Source: a virus
Taxonomy: Duplodnaviria; Caudoviricetes
Length of the DNA stretch: 25,713 nucleotides
Direction: 5' to 3' (one strand)
IMG/VR virus record: IMGVR_UViG_3300007640_000209
Location: 1 to 25,713 of that record
Part shown: positions 1 through 10,500 of the stretch, piece by piece
Numbering within the stretch: the first letter of the stretch is position 1
How the letters are laid out: every line of letters begins with the position of its first letter
Notes under the pieces: model-generated
Told to the model about the DNA's origin: nothing
The model's database searches: none
The model's input: only the letters and a program-made list of their open reading frames with translations
Made by a program: the position numbers and the translations under genes

Positions 1-2250
1 CTTACCCGTCCCATCCATATAAACAGTCATACCATTGCCGCTTCTAGGGGAATTGCACCGTTCAAACATCGTTATACCGGTGCCATTGGTTTTAAACCAA
101 CCCATATAACAGAAGTCACCCGTCCCAAAATCAAGGTCCGAGTTATACGGCTGCTCAAGGTAGTTGCTGGTAGAGAACCCACTGTAGGCCACCAGATCAG
201 CGCCCGTTGCCACGGGGGTGCGGGTCACAGTGCCAAACACCTGTAAGCCATTGCCGTTCACGCTGCGATCTTCGTCTGCTAGGCGTACTGAGATGTTGTC
301 TAATGTAGACGAATCGCCAGCGCCAGAACCTTCCCGAATAGACAGATAAACAGTTGTGTATGAACTCACGTCAATAGTAACGGCCTTGGTACCAGTGGTA
401 GTACCAGTAAACTCTAAGTAACCTATGTTTGGAGTAGAAGAACTAGCCCCTGATCCTGTTGCCAAGCCGACTCTTGCGGTACCTACATCTACGGCAGTAC
501 GCTGTGCAGAAATGGTAACTGTATCTATGCCTGTGACATCTAGGCTTTGCCAAGCACCCATCCACACAGAGTTTGTGCCTTGTGTTATAACAAGTTCCCC
601 GCTTACGATGGCAACAGTTCCACCCGAAGAACTCCCAAGATCAGTTGTCCAAGTACCTGATAACGCAGAACTAAAATCCCCATTCGTCACCAACTCACTA
701 CCAACCAGATCGGTGTCATCGGTATCGGACAGGAAGGCACCCTTGATGTCGCCGTTCATCCAGCCTGTGTTGTAGTCGGAGGTAATCCAAGCTGTGCTGC
801 TTTTGCTGTAGTCAGCAGGGTTAAAGTCTACGGCAGTCAGCCCTGCATCGTTAGCACCTGTCGTTCCGATGTATGTACCCGCCGTCTTGGTGTTTAAATA
901 GCCTAAATAGGCTGGCGTGTCGTCATTACTAAATCCACTATCGTAATATTCAATATGTCCGTTTGATGGAGATATAGTTTCGTCTGAAGATGGGATGTAA
1001 TCATAATACCAAACAGCACCAACATTAGAATTTCCAATAACAAGGTAACCATTATTAAAGTCTACACTGGCTGTTTGAGCAGATGATGTCCTTGTAATAT
1101 CAACAACCGTCCCATCATCCTTAATCACACTCACGCCGCCAGCCGTCGCCACTGCAATCGTAGGCACAGGAAGCCCAGTCGCAGGGTCAATCGGGGCGTT
1201 GGGTAGCACGGTCATGGCTACGTCGTTGACTGTGTCGTTAATGATAGCACCAAATGGATCAGTGCCATCCCAAAGATCAATATCAGACACATTGCGACTT
1301 ACGATGCCACCACTCCTGTATCCAGAAACAGTCGCTGCGGTGCTTTCACGATACATCAGTGCCGTGTCTGAGGCAAAAGATATGTCGATAATTCCACGCA
1401 AAGAGTTTCCAGTGACCAAGTGACCGTTCTTCATCATCACGGAAGTTGGAGTATAAGACCCACCATTAATGTGAGCCATGCGAGCAATACTGCCACCTAG
1501 GAATATCATCCACATCGGTAGCGCAGGATCATCACCATCATAAATAACAATCTGATCAGCCTCAGCCACAATCACAGCAACCGCAGGGAACTCACGGCGA
1601 GAACCACGGGTCGCAGTGTTCAAGGTCTCGTTATACCAGCTTGTAGCTTGCGTGCGCTTACGCCATGCACCACCGTCGCTGTCCTTCGAGGTGTCGTAAA
1701 CGAATACGTCAACGGCAGTGTCGGCTTTGGAAGCGGCGATGGCTGCTAGATCAAAACTGTCAGTAGTTGCAGCCCCATTTACAGTCAGCCCATCGCTGGT
1801 GATAGTGCCAGTGACGTCTACGCCTGTGTTGGTGGTGGCGAGTTTGGAGGAACCATCGTAATACAGATCAACAGCGCCATCTGCTGTAGCACGAAGCATA
1901 TTCTCATCGTTATGCTTTGCAATAAACACCTGACTGTCGGACGTTATACGAAGGTTTCCATCACCATTGTCTCTGACATAACTATTCGACCCATCATGGT
2001 AAATCTGTAGGTCAGCCCCATCGCCGAATGTGGCTTTGTCGTTGTCACCGAAGGACAAGTTACCAGTCATGGTATCGCCAGCCTTGGCAACAACCTCAGA
2101 TGCTTTGGCCAAAGGATGCCCGCCAGCCGTAGAGCCATCGTGGACAACTACAGTATTCTTATCAGTATCAATCGTGATCTCAGCTTCAGCGCCAGCAAAA
2201 GTAGAATGCTGAAGAGTAGTCCCACGGCGTCGTTTAATTTGAGTGGTCAT
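1..2250 (-). CDS. Receptor-binding/tail fibre protein with Mtd_N (major tropism determinant N-terminal) domain, a marine-phage fibre segment and a LamG-like domain; 3' end truncated by the window edge (>750 aa)
   Basis: Not in the ORF track because there is no stop inside the window. Translated by hand: 750 open codons from the ATG at 2250, which overlaps the upstream TGA (ATGA). N-term MTTQIKRRRGTTLQHSTFAGAEAEITIDTDKNTVVVHDGSTAGGHPLA is Mtd_N-like. Later segments include DLQIYHDGSNSYVRD, DTSKDSDGGAWRKRT, ELVTNGDF and YLEQPYNSDLDFGTGDFCYMGWFK (LamG-like). Confidence 0.9.
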   Translation of the reverse strand, partial: MTTQIKRRRGTTLQHSTFAGAEAEITIDTDKNTVVVHDGSTAGGHPLAKASEVVAKAGDTMTGNLSFGDNDKATFGDGADLQIYHDGSNSYVRDNGDGNLRITSDSQVFIAKHNDENMLRATADGAVDLYYDGSSKLATTNTGVDVTGTITSDGLTVNGAATTDSFDLAAIAASKADTAVDVFVYDTSKDSDGGAWRKRTQATSWYNETLNTATRGSRREFPAVAVIVAEADQIVIYDGDDPALPMWMIFLGGSIARMAHINGGSYTPTSVMMKNGHLVTGNSLRGIIDISFASDTALMYRESTAATVSGYRSGGIVSRNVSDIDLWDGTDPFGAIINDTVNDVAMTVLPNAPIDPATGLPVPTIAVATAGGVSVIKDDGTVVDITRTSSAQTASVDFNNGYLVIGNSNVGAVWYYDYIPSSDETISPSNGHIEYYDSGFSNDDTPAYLGYLNTKTAGTYIGTTGANDAGLTAVDFNPADYSKSSTAWITSDYNTGWMNGDIKGAFLSDTDDTDLVGSELVTNGDFSSALSGTWTTDLGSSSGGTVAIVSGELVITQGTNSVWMGAWQSLDVTGIDTVTISAQRTAVDVGTARVGLATGSGASSSTPNIGYLEFTGTTTGTKAVTIDVSSYTTVYLSIREGSGAGDSSTLDNISVRLADEDRSVNGNGLQVFGTVTRTPVATGADLVAYSGFSTSNYLEQPYNSDLDFGTGDFCYMGWFKTNGTGITMFERCNSPRSGNGMTVYMDGTGK

Positions 2251-4004
2251 GCTGCGATGCTCCCATAGTCGGCGGTTGTTCCTGCCGCGTCAGTAATCAA
2301 TCCAAAATCCTGCAAGTAAGACAGGCTTTCAATCAGTGAAATAGCTTCATTAGCTGCAACACTAGCAGCAGTCGTTGCCGTTGCTGCTGAAGATGCAGCA
2401 GATGTTGCGCTAGATGCCGCATTTGTTTCTGAAGTAGCAGCCGCAGATGCAGAAGAAGAAGCCGCAGTAGCACTAGACGCAGCAGCAGTAGCACTAGATG
2501 CAGCAGCAGCAGCATTAGACTCAGCGTCAATAATTGCAGCTATATTAGTAACTACAGAAGTTATGTCCGAAGTGATCGCAGCGACAGCGTTAATGTTTGT
2601 TGAGTTAGAGTTTACAGAATTAACATTGCTAATGTTGCTGGCCACAGATGTGATTGTAGCAGTGTTGTCAGCAACAGTTGAGATGTCAGTAAGGTTGTCA
2701 GTTGCAATAATAATGTCTTCAAGATTTGAAGAAACATTTGTAATCGCAGCCTCAAAGAAAGCAACATTAGAAATAGGACCTATATTGCCAGCAACAATAT
2801 TAATGTTTGAGATATTACTTGCAACAGTGTTTACACCAGTGATGCTTCCAGCAACCGTTGTGACATTATATGCAGCACCAGCCACAGTGTTAATGTTAGT
2901 AGCATTAGTGTTTACGGTAGCAATAGCGCCAGTGATTCCAGCAACAGTGGAAACCTGAGAAGAAATACCAGCCACAGTCGAAACATTGTTAGCAACGCCA
3001 GCAACAGTGCCAATGTCAGCCAACTCAGCAGCAACAGAAGTAACATCAGTCAAACGAACAGCAACGTCATTCACATCGTCGATGCTATTGCCAACCAAGT
3101 TCACATTGCCAATGTTGGTGTGAACAGTGCCAACCTGAGTCAAGGATGCGTTAACAGCATTAACAGCAGAAATACTGCCAGCAACAGAGTTTACTTGCGC
3201 AATGCTGCCAGCAACCGTGCCAACATTTGAAATGCCAAGAGCAACAGTATCAATGTTGTCTAGTTTCCCAGCAACAAGAGTAACCTCGCCAAGCGAGTCA
3301 GCTACGTCATTAACATCGGAAATCGATGCGCCAACAGCGCCAATATTGTTATCGCCGCTTAGATCAATGGCAGCAATCTCAACGTAAGCAATGTTGTTCG
3401 AAACATTGGTAATGTCCGAGCCCTTGTCGCCCAAGTTGCCAAGAGCAGTGCGAACATCGTAAAGCGCGCCAATCTCTGTATCTAACGCAGCAAGCGTAGA
3501 AATATCGGCAGACAAAGAAGCAACAGTGCCGACTTCAGCCGCATTCAAAGTGGCTTCAACAGCCCCAGTGCTAGAGTTAAAGCCAAGGACTTTGCCCTTG
3601 CGGCTGTCTAAAGAAGGAAGAGCAATCGGCGGGTTTACTTCATAGTCGTTGACCTGAACAGCACGGCTGGTGCGATCATCCAAGTCAGCCAGCATAGTCA
3701 CAATGCGGTCTAGCTGGTCGTCGATAGAAGTAGAGTTGTAAGTTGCAGTAAGATCAGTGGTGCGCTCAAGCGGAGTGTCACGAACAATAACGACTTCATC
3801 ACTCAGCGTAGCGCCACTGTTTAGAGTAATGTTGCCAGTAGCGCCGCTGCCACCAGAAACACTGTAAGCACTGGTAACTGACCCGTTAATGTAAACGGTC
3901 AGATCAGTAGACGCATAGAAAACAAACGGAACAGCAAAGACTGTTTGTCCTGCTGTTGCAGTGTAAGCTATCCGTGGGTTGTTCTGCGATACATTGATTG
4001 TCAT
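2247..4004 (-). CDS. Tail fibre/adaptor protein: T7 gp17-like N-terminal anchor, 27 ten-residue repeats, Ala/Ser-rich coil, C-terminal DFG/DYG motifs
   Basis: N-term YTATAGQTVFAVPF...DLTVYING...VVIVRDTP resembles the T7 tail-fibre anchor. Decad repeats such as VAGSITGVNT. Ends LQDFGLITDAAGTTADYGSIAA. SD GAGGTG upstream. Confidence 0.85.
   Translation of the reverse strand: MTINVSQNNPRIAYTATAGQTVFAVPFVFYASTDLTVYINGSVTSAYSVSGGSGATGNITLNSGATLSDEVVIVRDTPLERTTDLTATYNSTSIDDQLDRIVTMLADLDDRTSRAVQVNDYEVNPPIALPSLDSRKGKVLGFNSSTGAVEATLNAAEVGTVASLSADISTLAALDTEIGALYDVRTALGNLGDKGSDITNVSNNIAYVEIAAIDLSGDNNIGAVGASISDVNDVADSLGEVTLVAGKLDNIDTVALGISNVGTVAGSIAQVNSVAGSISAVNAVNASLTQVGTVHTNIGNVNLVGNSIDDVNDVAVRLTDVTSVAAELADIGTVAGVANNVSTVAGISSQVSTVAGITGAIATVNTNATNINTVAGAAYNVTTVAGSITGVNTVASNISNINIVAGNIGPISNVAFFEAAITNVSSNLEDIIIATDNLTDISTVADNTATITSVASNISNVNSVNSNSTNINAVAAITSDITSVVTNIAAIIDAESNAAAAASSATAAASSATAASSSASAAATSETNAASSATSAASSAATATTAASVAANEAISLIESLSYLQDFGLITDAAGTTADYGSIAA
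2526..3335 (-). repeat. 27 in-frame 30-nt (10-aa) degenerate repeats inside the tail fibre
   Basis: From VGASISDVND to VVTNIAAIID: 270 aa in exact 10-residue register. GCAACAGT-like units recur in the + strand DNA. Confidence 0.9.
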
Positions 4005-4011
4005 AAGTCAC

Positions 4012-4041
4012 CTCTCTGCCATGACATGACACGGCAGAGAG
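4012..4041 (-). promoter_or_regulatory. 12-bp stem-loop overlapping the tail-fibre ribosome-binding site
   Basis: Minus strand CTCTCTGCCGTG-TCATGT-CATGGCAGAGAG (one G-U pair). The 3' arm runs into SD GAGGTG. Confidence 0.65.
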
Positions 4042-4048
4042 AAAACCA

Positions 4049-4060
4049 TCAACGCACAAA
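4049..4060 (-). promoter_or_regulatory. Late-promoter/activator motif copy 1 (TTTGTGCGTTGA), upstream of the tail fibre
   Basis: One of four same-strand copies of TTGTGCGTTG; intergenic. Confidence 0.7.
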
Positions 4061-4077
4061 GTAACTAGGACATAATG

Positions 4078-7000
4078 CTAGTCTAAACTTTTAGACAAAT
4101 CCTTAATCATTTGTTCAGAATGATCTTTCCACCACATCGATTGAGTGAACGGCAACGTGTAGTAAAAATTAGTTAAGGCTTCGCTGTATTCTCCACGAGA
4201 AACATTGCCGCCAATGTCCAAGAAGTCTTTGATCTGGCTTGCCGGGGCTCCAAGAACAGTTGCAGCAGCCTCTGCGTAACCCGGTTTTCCATAGAATCCT
4301 AAGCGAACAAAGTCGTTGTCAGGATTGTTTAGATCAAGCTGAACAGCAGCACGCAAACCAGTCATGGCAATGTCGCCATAGATTGCGGAAATGCCGCTAC
4401 GCTCAACAGCAGCCATGAAACGCTGGTCGTAGTCCATTTCTTCCCAAGCCCACTCAGGAGTGCGGGCCTTTGCCAGCAAGTATCCAAAGCCGAGCATAGT
4501 AGCAAAACCACCAAAGGCATTTTTAATCTGACCTTGGGCAGTAGATTGAATAATGTTTGTCGCCGCAGACATCGGCCAGTTGTAGAAAACAAAAGGCAGA
4601 GTCATTACGCCACTTTCCATAACAGCGTAGCCCGGGAACTTTTTGTCTTCCTCAATATCAGGGAAAATCTTACGAGCAGTTTTGATTGGAAAGAATATCT
4701 TGCCATCAGCATACTTAAAGCGAGTGGCAGGCGACGAAGACAAGATTGTGTTTTGGATATTGCTAGCAACAGCAGACCTAAATCTAGCAATCGTGTCAGC
4801 AGATACACCAGCTTCAGCCCATTGCTCTAAGTTGCCAATGAAAAGACCAGCCTTTGTTTTAGTTAAAGGTGCCTTTGTGGCTATCTCATCAAGCGCAGAA
4901 ATAGGTAAGCCGTATCTCAAAGCCTTGTTTAACTGATATTGCGAAGCAGTGCCCTTAGATACATTCATTGCAATTTCAGCAAACTCATGGATGGACAAAG
5001 TGCCAGTGAATGTTTTCATGCCAACAGTCATTGGGCCAAGGCCGTTCAAAACAAAACTTGTTGACTTGATCGTATTCCACTTGTTGCCAAGAGCACGGAC
5101 ATTGCTGTTCTCAATGGTGTCTAGCTGCGTAGTGCCAAGCGACAACTCAGCAGCTTCACCAATAACCGACTGAATTTGTCCAAACTGTTTGCGATATTCA
5201 ACGCTGTCTATTGCAGACGCAGCACCACGAACAATGTTCTTAAAGCCATTCTCCATAATGATCTTTGGAACGTCGCCAATAGTAGTTACACCAGACGATT
5301 GCAGATAGTTTACGCTAGTAAACTCCTTCAAAAACTGGACAGTTTTGTTAGTAAATGTAGTTGGGTCAGAGACAACATCGTTTGTTACTCGCTCAAACAA
5401 ACTGGTTGTCTCTTTGCGAAGCTGGTTTGCTTTCTTCAAACTCATACCGTTGTCGATAAGATCATCAACCAATTCATCCATAAGGTCTTCATAGGTTCTG
5501 TTGCCAAACATCTTCGAAAACTCAACCTTTTGAGAATTTCGAAGCATGTATCGACGCATAACGTCCGTTACGTCAGTGTTGATAAAGTCCAAGACTTTGG
5601 CGTTTGGAATGTTAAGAACACGGCTTGGCATCCGTTGGCTTCTAAACGCTGAAGAAGACTTTTGGCCGGGCTCTGAAGTTATAGATTTTATGTATGAGTC
5701 AACAAAACGATCTTGTGCCTCAAGATCGCCAGTCATGTCCTTGGGCTTCCACAAGCCGCTCTTGTTGTCATACTCAACACCAAAAGGGTTCTCGCGAACA
5801 TACTCAGTGATGATCTTTCGAAACATCTTCTGGCCTTTTTCATCTTCTGAGATTTTGTCGGCCAAAAACTCGCGAGTGTAATAAGGCTCACCATTGCCAG
5901 TTGGCTTGAATTTGCTGTTAGTTATAAACTCAAGGCTTGCTTGCAATTCATCAACCTCTTCTTCAAGGCGCTGAACCTTTGCAGTGTAATACTCTGTTGA
6001 GTCTGCATAGTTTTTTGAAATAGCGTTTTGGAGTTTTCCCCTAGCTTCCTCTAAACGCATCTCTTTTATAGCTACGCGCGAAGAAACAAAGTCACGAGAA
6101 CCCAAAACACCAACAGCTTCTGCCTCTTCAGCAAAATCACCAAACACTTTGGTCATTAACTCGGCAGACTTTGTTTCTTGAGGTGTCATAGCCGCGCCAG
6201 TAATGCGCTTAATGTTTACATTCCGCAGCCATGCCTCAAAGCTATCATCAGCTTTTGTCAACTTGCGCAAAATGTTTGAACCAAACCCAGCGTCAGTAGC
6301 CTCTTTCCAAAGTTTTGCTTGCTGTCGCTCATATCCAATAACATCTGCCACACGCGCAGATGATCTTTGATAAAGGCTAGGCTTAATTGTCATGCCAACC
6401 AAGTGACCGTTAAGCAAAAGCGCAGAGTCGTTGGCAATCTCAAGCGTTGTTCGCTTAAAGTTGTTCAACGCTTGCGCCAATTTCTTAGGCGTTTTCTTCG
6501 TAATCGGTTCACGAAGAACGGTCTTTAAGGACGTTGGCATTAACTTATCAAGCGGGTCAGCCATGCTTGATACAACATTCCAAGGATCAATTTCCATCTG
6601 ATCTACAACACCCTTGTCGAGCCTACGAAGAGTAAGTTCATCAAGGTATGACTTTTTGTCAGACTCAAAACCAGAAATCCTTGTTAGGATTGATTCTTCA
6701 GAAACACCCTCAAGTTCTGGGGCACCAGACTTTATTCTTTGAAGTGTAGCATTTAAGCCCATAATTTCTTCGTTGGCATATTGAATGCCAGTCCGAATAT
6801 CTATGTCGGTAAACTCTGCATATGGCCGTGATGCAGGCGGCTCTGCTAAGAGGATTTGGTAGTTCTTCTCGAAGTGGCGCATCTCAGTAATTGTTTGAGC
6901 GTGCTCACCCAGTCTATTGCGCGCGTTAGAAAGAAGAAGAGCGCCAGCTTTAGAGCCGCCAGAAATACCTGCTGCAAACATTCCGCTAAACAATACAGCG

Positions 7001-7509
7001 CCACCAGTGTTTACCATTCCTTCAATCGGTTCAAATCCGGGCATGGTTGACCGAAGGAGTTCAATGCCACCAGTTGTTGCGCCTGCAGTGGCAGCAGTAT
7101 TAGCCACCGTTGCCAACATAGTGCCGCCCTTCAAAATGCGGAACATTGGAACAATAGCTTCTGGTGTTGGCGCACCGCCAAAAAGGTTTTGGCTAAATGT
7201 TGCGTTAGCAAAAATCTTGTCGTCGATTTTTTCTTGGTCAAGAGTTTGGCTAATAAGGTCTGCCTCTTCTTGAGTGGTAGCAAAGAGATAGTCGTCAGAC
7301 CTGTCAGCATGGCGCTCAGGAACGTCTTGAAGTTTGAACGATTGCTTTGGGCGATCATCTTTGGTGAAGTCTAATTTCGCTTTGTTATACAGATAACCAA
7401 CGGCACTCTTAATGCGTCGGTTAGCTGCATAAGTTACATCAATAGTTTCAGGTGTTGGTTCAAAGATACCAGAGCCTTTAACCGGGACTTCGCGAAAGAC
7501 ATCATCCAT
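4078..7509 (-). CDS. Large internal virion/ejection protein (T7 gp16 positional equivalent)
   Basis: 1143 aa, helical composition, third of three genes between tail tubular B and the tail fibre. C-terminal VERSG...VLGAPAS...TLPFTQSMWW is typical of such proteins. Confidence 0.7.
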   Translation of the reverse strand: MDDVFREVPVKGSGIFEPTPETIDVTYAANRRIKSAVGYLYNKAKLDFTKDDRPKQSFKLQDVPERHADRSDDYLFATTQEEADLISQTLDQEKIDDKIFANATFSQNLFGGAPTPEAIVPMFRILKGGTMLATVANTAATAGATTGGIELLRSTMPGFEPIEGMVNTGGAVLFSGMFAAGISGGSKAGALLLSNARNRLGEHAQTITEMRHFEKNYQILLAEPPASRPYAEFTDIDIRTGIQYANEEIMGLNATLQRIKSGAPELEGVSEESILTRISGFESDKKSYLDELTLRRLDKGVVDQMEIDPWNVVSSMADPLDKLMPTSLKTVLREPITKKTPKKLAQALNNFKRTTLEIANDSALLLNGHLVGMTIKPSLYQRSSARVADVIGYERQQAKLWKEATDAGFGSNILRKLTKADDSFEAWLRNVNIKRITGAAMTPQETKSAELMTKVFGDFAEEAEAVGVLGSRDFVSSRVAIKEMRLEEARGKLQNAISKNYADSTEYYTAKVQRLEEEVDELQASLEFITNSKFKPTGNGEPYYTREFLADKISEDEKGQKMFRKIITEYVRENPFGVEYDNKSGLWKPKDMTGDLEAQDRFVDSYIKSITSEPGQKSSSAFRSQRMPSRVLNIPNAKVLDFINTDVTDVMRRYMLRNSQKVEFSKMFGNRTYEDLMDELVDDLIDNGMSLKKANQLRKETTSLFERVTNDVVSDPTTFTNKTVQFLKEFTSVNYLQSSGVTTIGDVPKIIMENGFKNIVRGAASAIDSVEYRKQFGQIQSVIGEAAELSLGTTQLDTIENSNVRALGNKWNTIKSTSFVLNGLGPMTVGMKTFTGTLSIHEFAEIAMNVSKGTASQYQLNKALRYGLPISALDEIATKAPLTKTKAGLFIGNLEQWAEAGVSADTIARFRSAVASNIQNTILSSSPATRFKYADGKIFFPIKTARKIFPDIEEDKKFPGYAVMESGVMTLPFVFYNWPMSAATNIIQSTAQGQIKNAFGGFATMLGFGYLLAKARTPEWAWEEMDYDQRFMAAVERSGISAIYGDIAMTGLRAAVQLDLNNPDNDFVRLGFYGKPGYAEAAATVLGAPASQIKDFLDIGGNVSRGEYSEALTNFYYTLPFTQSMWWKDHSEQMIKDLSKSLD

Positions 7510-7511
7510 AC

Positions 7512-10500
7512 TTAGTTATTCCCTGCTGGAGCCACAGAACCAAACGCGCCAAAATCAGACGGGTCAGTGTTCGTTGGGAGAACAAACTTTTTGGTTAGAT
7601 CGGGCATTTCTATGCCTTTTGCTTTCAAAGCGTCACGCAAAGTAAAGGTAACACCAGTTGCTTCAATGAGCCCGAGTTCATTAGCCACAAGCAGTTGATA
7701 CTTCGGGCTGCTTGGCGTTGAGTCAAAAGTTTCCCCATAGAGAATCCTACCCTCTCCGCCACGAGCGCGTGCAATCTGATCGCTGATTGTCATTTTGCCA
7801 GAGACTGTTCGAGCGGTATCTTCAGCAAGTTCGCCAATGTAAGATGCGCCACGATAAAAATCTTCGATAGCTACCTTCGAAGCTGGCTCAAAGTAAACAT
7901 TTTCCAAGCCATTGCTTTGGATAAGTTGAGGAATGTATGCCTCAACAATATCAATTCCGCCTTCAACATATCGATCAGGCGAGAAGCTAGACGAAGAACC
8001 CCTGCCCCAACCGCTATACATATTGTTGTTCTGGACGTATTCACTGTCCAAAACATTCTGCAAGTTTTGCTGCAGCTTTGCGTTAAGCGTTGGAATGCCA
8101 GCCATTACTACAGCTAGGTTAGCAAACTCATTGATTTGTTCTGGGCGAATGCCTTCCAAGTCTGCAGCCAAAGAAGAAGGGTCTTCATACTTTTTGTTTG
8201 TGCCAACATAGACTTGCTTGTTGACCAGTTCTTTGTCCGTCGAAACAAGCCGAATTTGGTCGATAGCAGCCTGCATTACTTGCGCTTCCATGCCTGCCGG
8301 AAGTTTCTGAACGGCCTGAACAATCATAGTAAACTTACTAGCGTCAGAGCCCAGCGATAGCTTGGCCCCAGCAGTTAGCTTTATGTTGCCGTTAGAGTCT
8401 TGGAAAAACAAAAGTCCATTTGCCCTTTGAGCAAAAGACATCATTTGGCTTTCTGGCAAACCGCCACTCATAAATGCAGACGTTGCGCTTACAATCGACT
8501 CAGGCAAGATGCCGCGATTGTTCATAATGTCGCTTAAAACTTCCACATCTTTATCAGACAGTTCGGGCTTATACATCAGGTCTGATATTTGAGGAACGCC
8601 ATGCTTGTCTTTGAGAATGTTCTCATAAGCAATCCGCCCATCAGTCTTAGACGCGCCGACTGTATATGAGCCTTTGTCAATCAAGCCAAAATCTGACTGC
8701 TTCTTGTTATACTGCTCAGTCAAAGCACGGCTGTTGTTTAGTTTTGTGTAAACACTAGAAACCGAACTCGCCAAAGCTGCTCTGTCAACAGAGACTTCTT
8801 TGCCGTTGACGATAACGCTTCTCTGAGTCAGATCATTGAGGAACTCTTTTTGCTCGGGCGGCAATGAAATGCTAACGTCTGTCCCACTAAGATATGCGCT
8901 CCAGTTTGAAAGCTGTTTAAGAGACAGGTCGTCTTGCTTAAACGAATTCATCTCACGAGCAACGTCTTCCGAAACAGACTTATTAAGAGCCTGAAGAGCA
9001 AAACTTTCAACCGTAGCTGGGTCTTGGTCCATCTCACTAGCAAGTCGCGTCAACCTAGAAACAGACTCATTTAGGTTTTCAGAATTAACGCTGGTCACAA
9101 TAGTGTTGGCTTGCGTGACAAACTCTTCATTGCGGCGCGACTTAACTAACTGATCTCGCTGTGCCTTAAGATCACCAAGCGATTCAGGCATTGAGTCAAC
9201 GCTACGAAATGACTTTTTGAAACCTGCAATGGCGTTGTCTATTTCTTCAATAGAGGCATTGGGGCTGCGTATCAGGCTAGCAAGATCAACCTTTGCTGCG
9301 CGCATACCTTGCTTTAAGGTATTGGCCTCGTGGTTGATGCCAGTCTCAACGCCAGCAAGAATGTCAGAAACAGCGCCAGATAATGCGTCACCATTTACAG
9401 AAACAAGCTGTGTTGAAACGACATCATAAACAGACTGTCCAAGCAAGCTACGCAAAGCGGCTTTTGAAGCGGCTGTTTCTGGGTTTTTTAAGATGTCACG
9501 ATAAACTTCAAGTTCTTGTTTGGTCGCGCCATTTTGAATGGATTTGTTGATCTCTCTTGAAATAGCGCCCTTAGCAAGCTGAATTAACCCTTCGTTTGTT
9601 TCCTTTTCAATCTTCAACAATTTATCGGCACTAACGAAGTTAGGGTCTAACCCATCATCCAATGCAAGCAGCCGTTTCTTTTCTTGCATTATGCTAAGTG
9701 GATCACCAGTAAAGCCTGCGCTGAAAGAACTGCCCTCATTGTTAAGTTTTGTTTGCTCAACAATCCTTGCATCCGCATCGGCCTTGTTAGCTTCTTCCGA
9801 TGCTTTCAGTGCAGCCTCATCACGTTTTTGCTGGGCCTCAATAGATGAAGAAATATAAGTCGCACTCTTTTCTGCGGCAGCAAACTCTGGCTTTAGAGTT
9901 TCTGCAATCTCTGTGTAGTCAATTCTCTCGTCTACATCGAAAGCAACTTCCAATGAAGCAATGAACTCTTTGCCCTTGGCATTAAGCAGAGAATAAAGAG
10001 CAGGGTTTTTCCCATCGTTGAGAACCTGATAAATAAGACCAGCCTGAGAAGACAATGCAGGGTCTTGCATCTTGCCAGAAACAGCGCCACGCAAATATGA
10101 CTCACGTATTTCTTTGCCGCGTTTTGTCGTTACGTCAGGGGCACTTGCGCCAATAGCCTGAGCATCTGCCTCAACAGCGCGAAACTCTTGAGTTGTTTGA
10201 CCAAGAGCAAAAGGCGAACCACTTAACCCAGCGTCATAGGCACTACGCTTTGCAGCATCATGTCTGCGCGCGGCTTCGGCTTTAGCTTCAGCTTGCATCC
10301 GCTTGATCTGAGCAACATGCAAACGAGTGCGACCATCGCTTAGATGTTCAGCGCCGTGGTCAACAATAACTTGCTTATAGTAACCAGAAGCATCACCGCT
10401 GAGGCCAGACAGGTATTCAGAGAAAGCCTTCTCAAATAGCTTTGGTGCGTTGGGAGATTCCCCAAGACGCGCCATAAGTTCTGATTTCTTAGCAGAAATG

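Noticed and set aside
1-2250. Diversity-generating retroelement suggested by Mtd_N
   Set aside because: No reverse transcriptase, no TR/VR pair and no visible C-type lectin end in the window; cannot be excluded beyond the left edge.
2526-3335. 30-nt periodicity considered as a CRISPR array or DGR repeat
   Set aside because: Repeats are degenerate, in-frame and contiguous without spacers; they encode the decad coiled coil.
425-3387. Several plus-strand ORFs (425-775, 1199-1423, 2030-2212, 2563-2958, 3202-3387)
   Set aside because: Antisense shadows of the two fibre genes, which are fully open on the minus strand.
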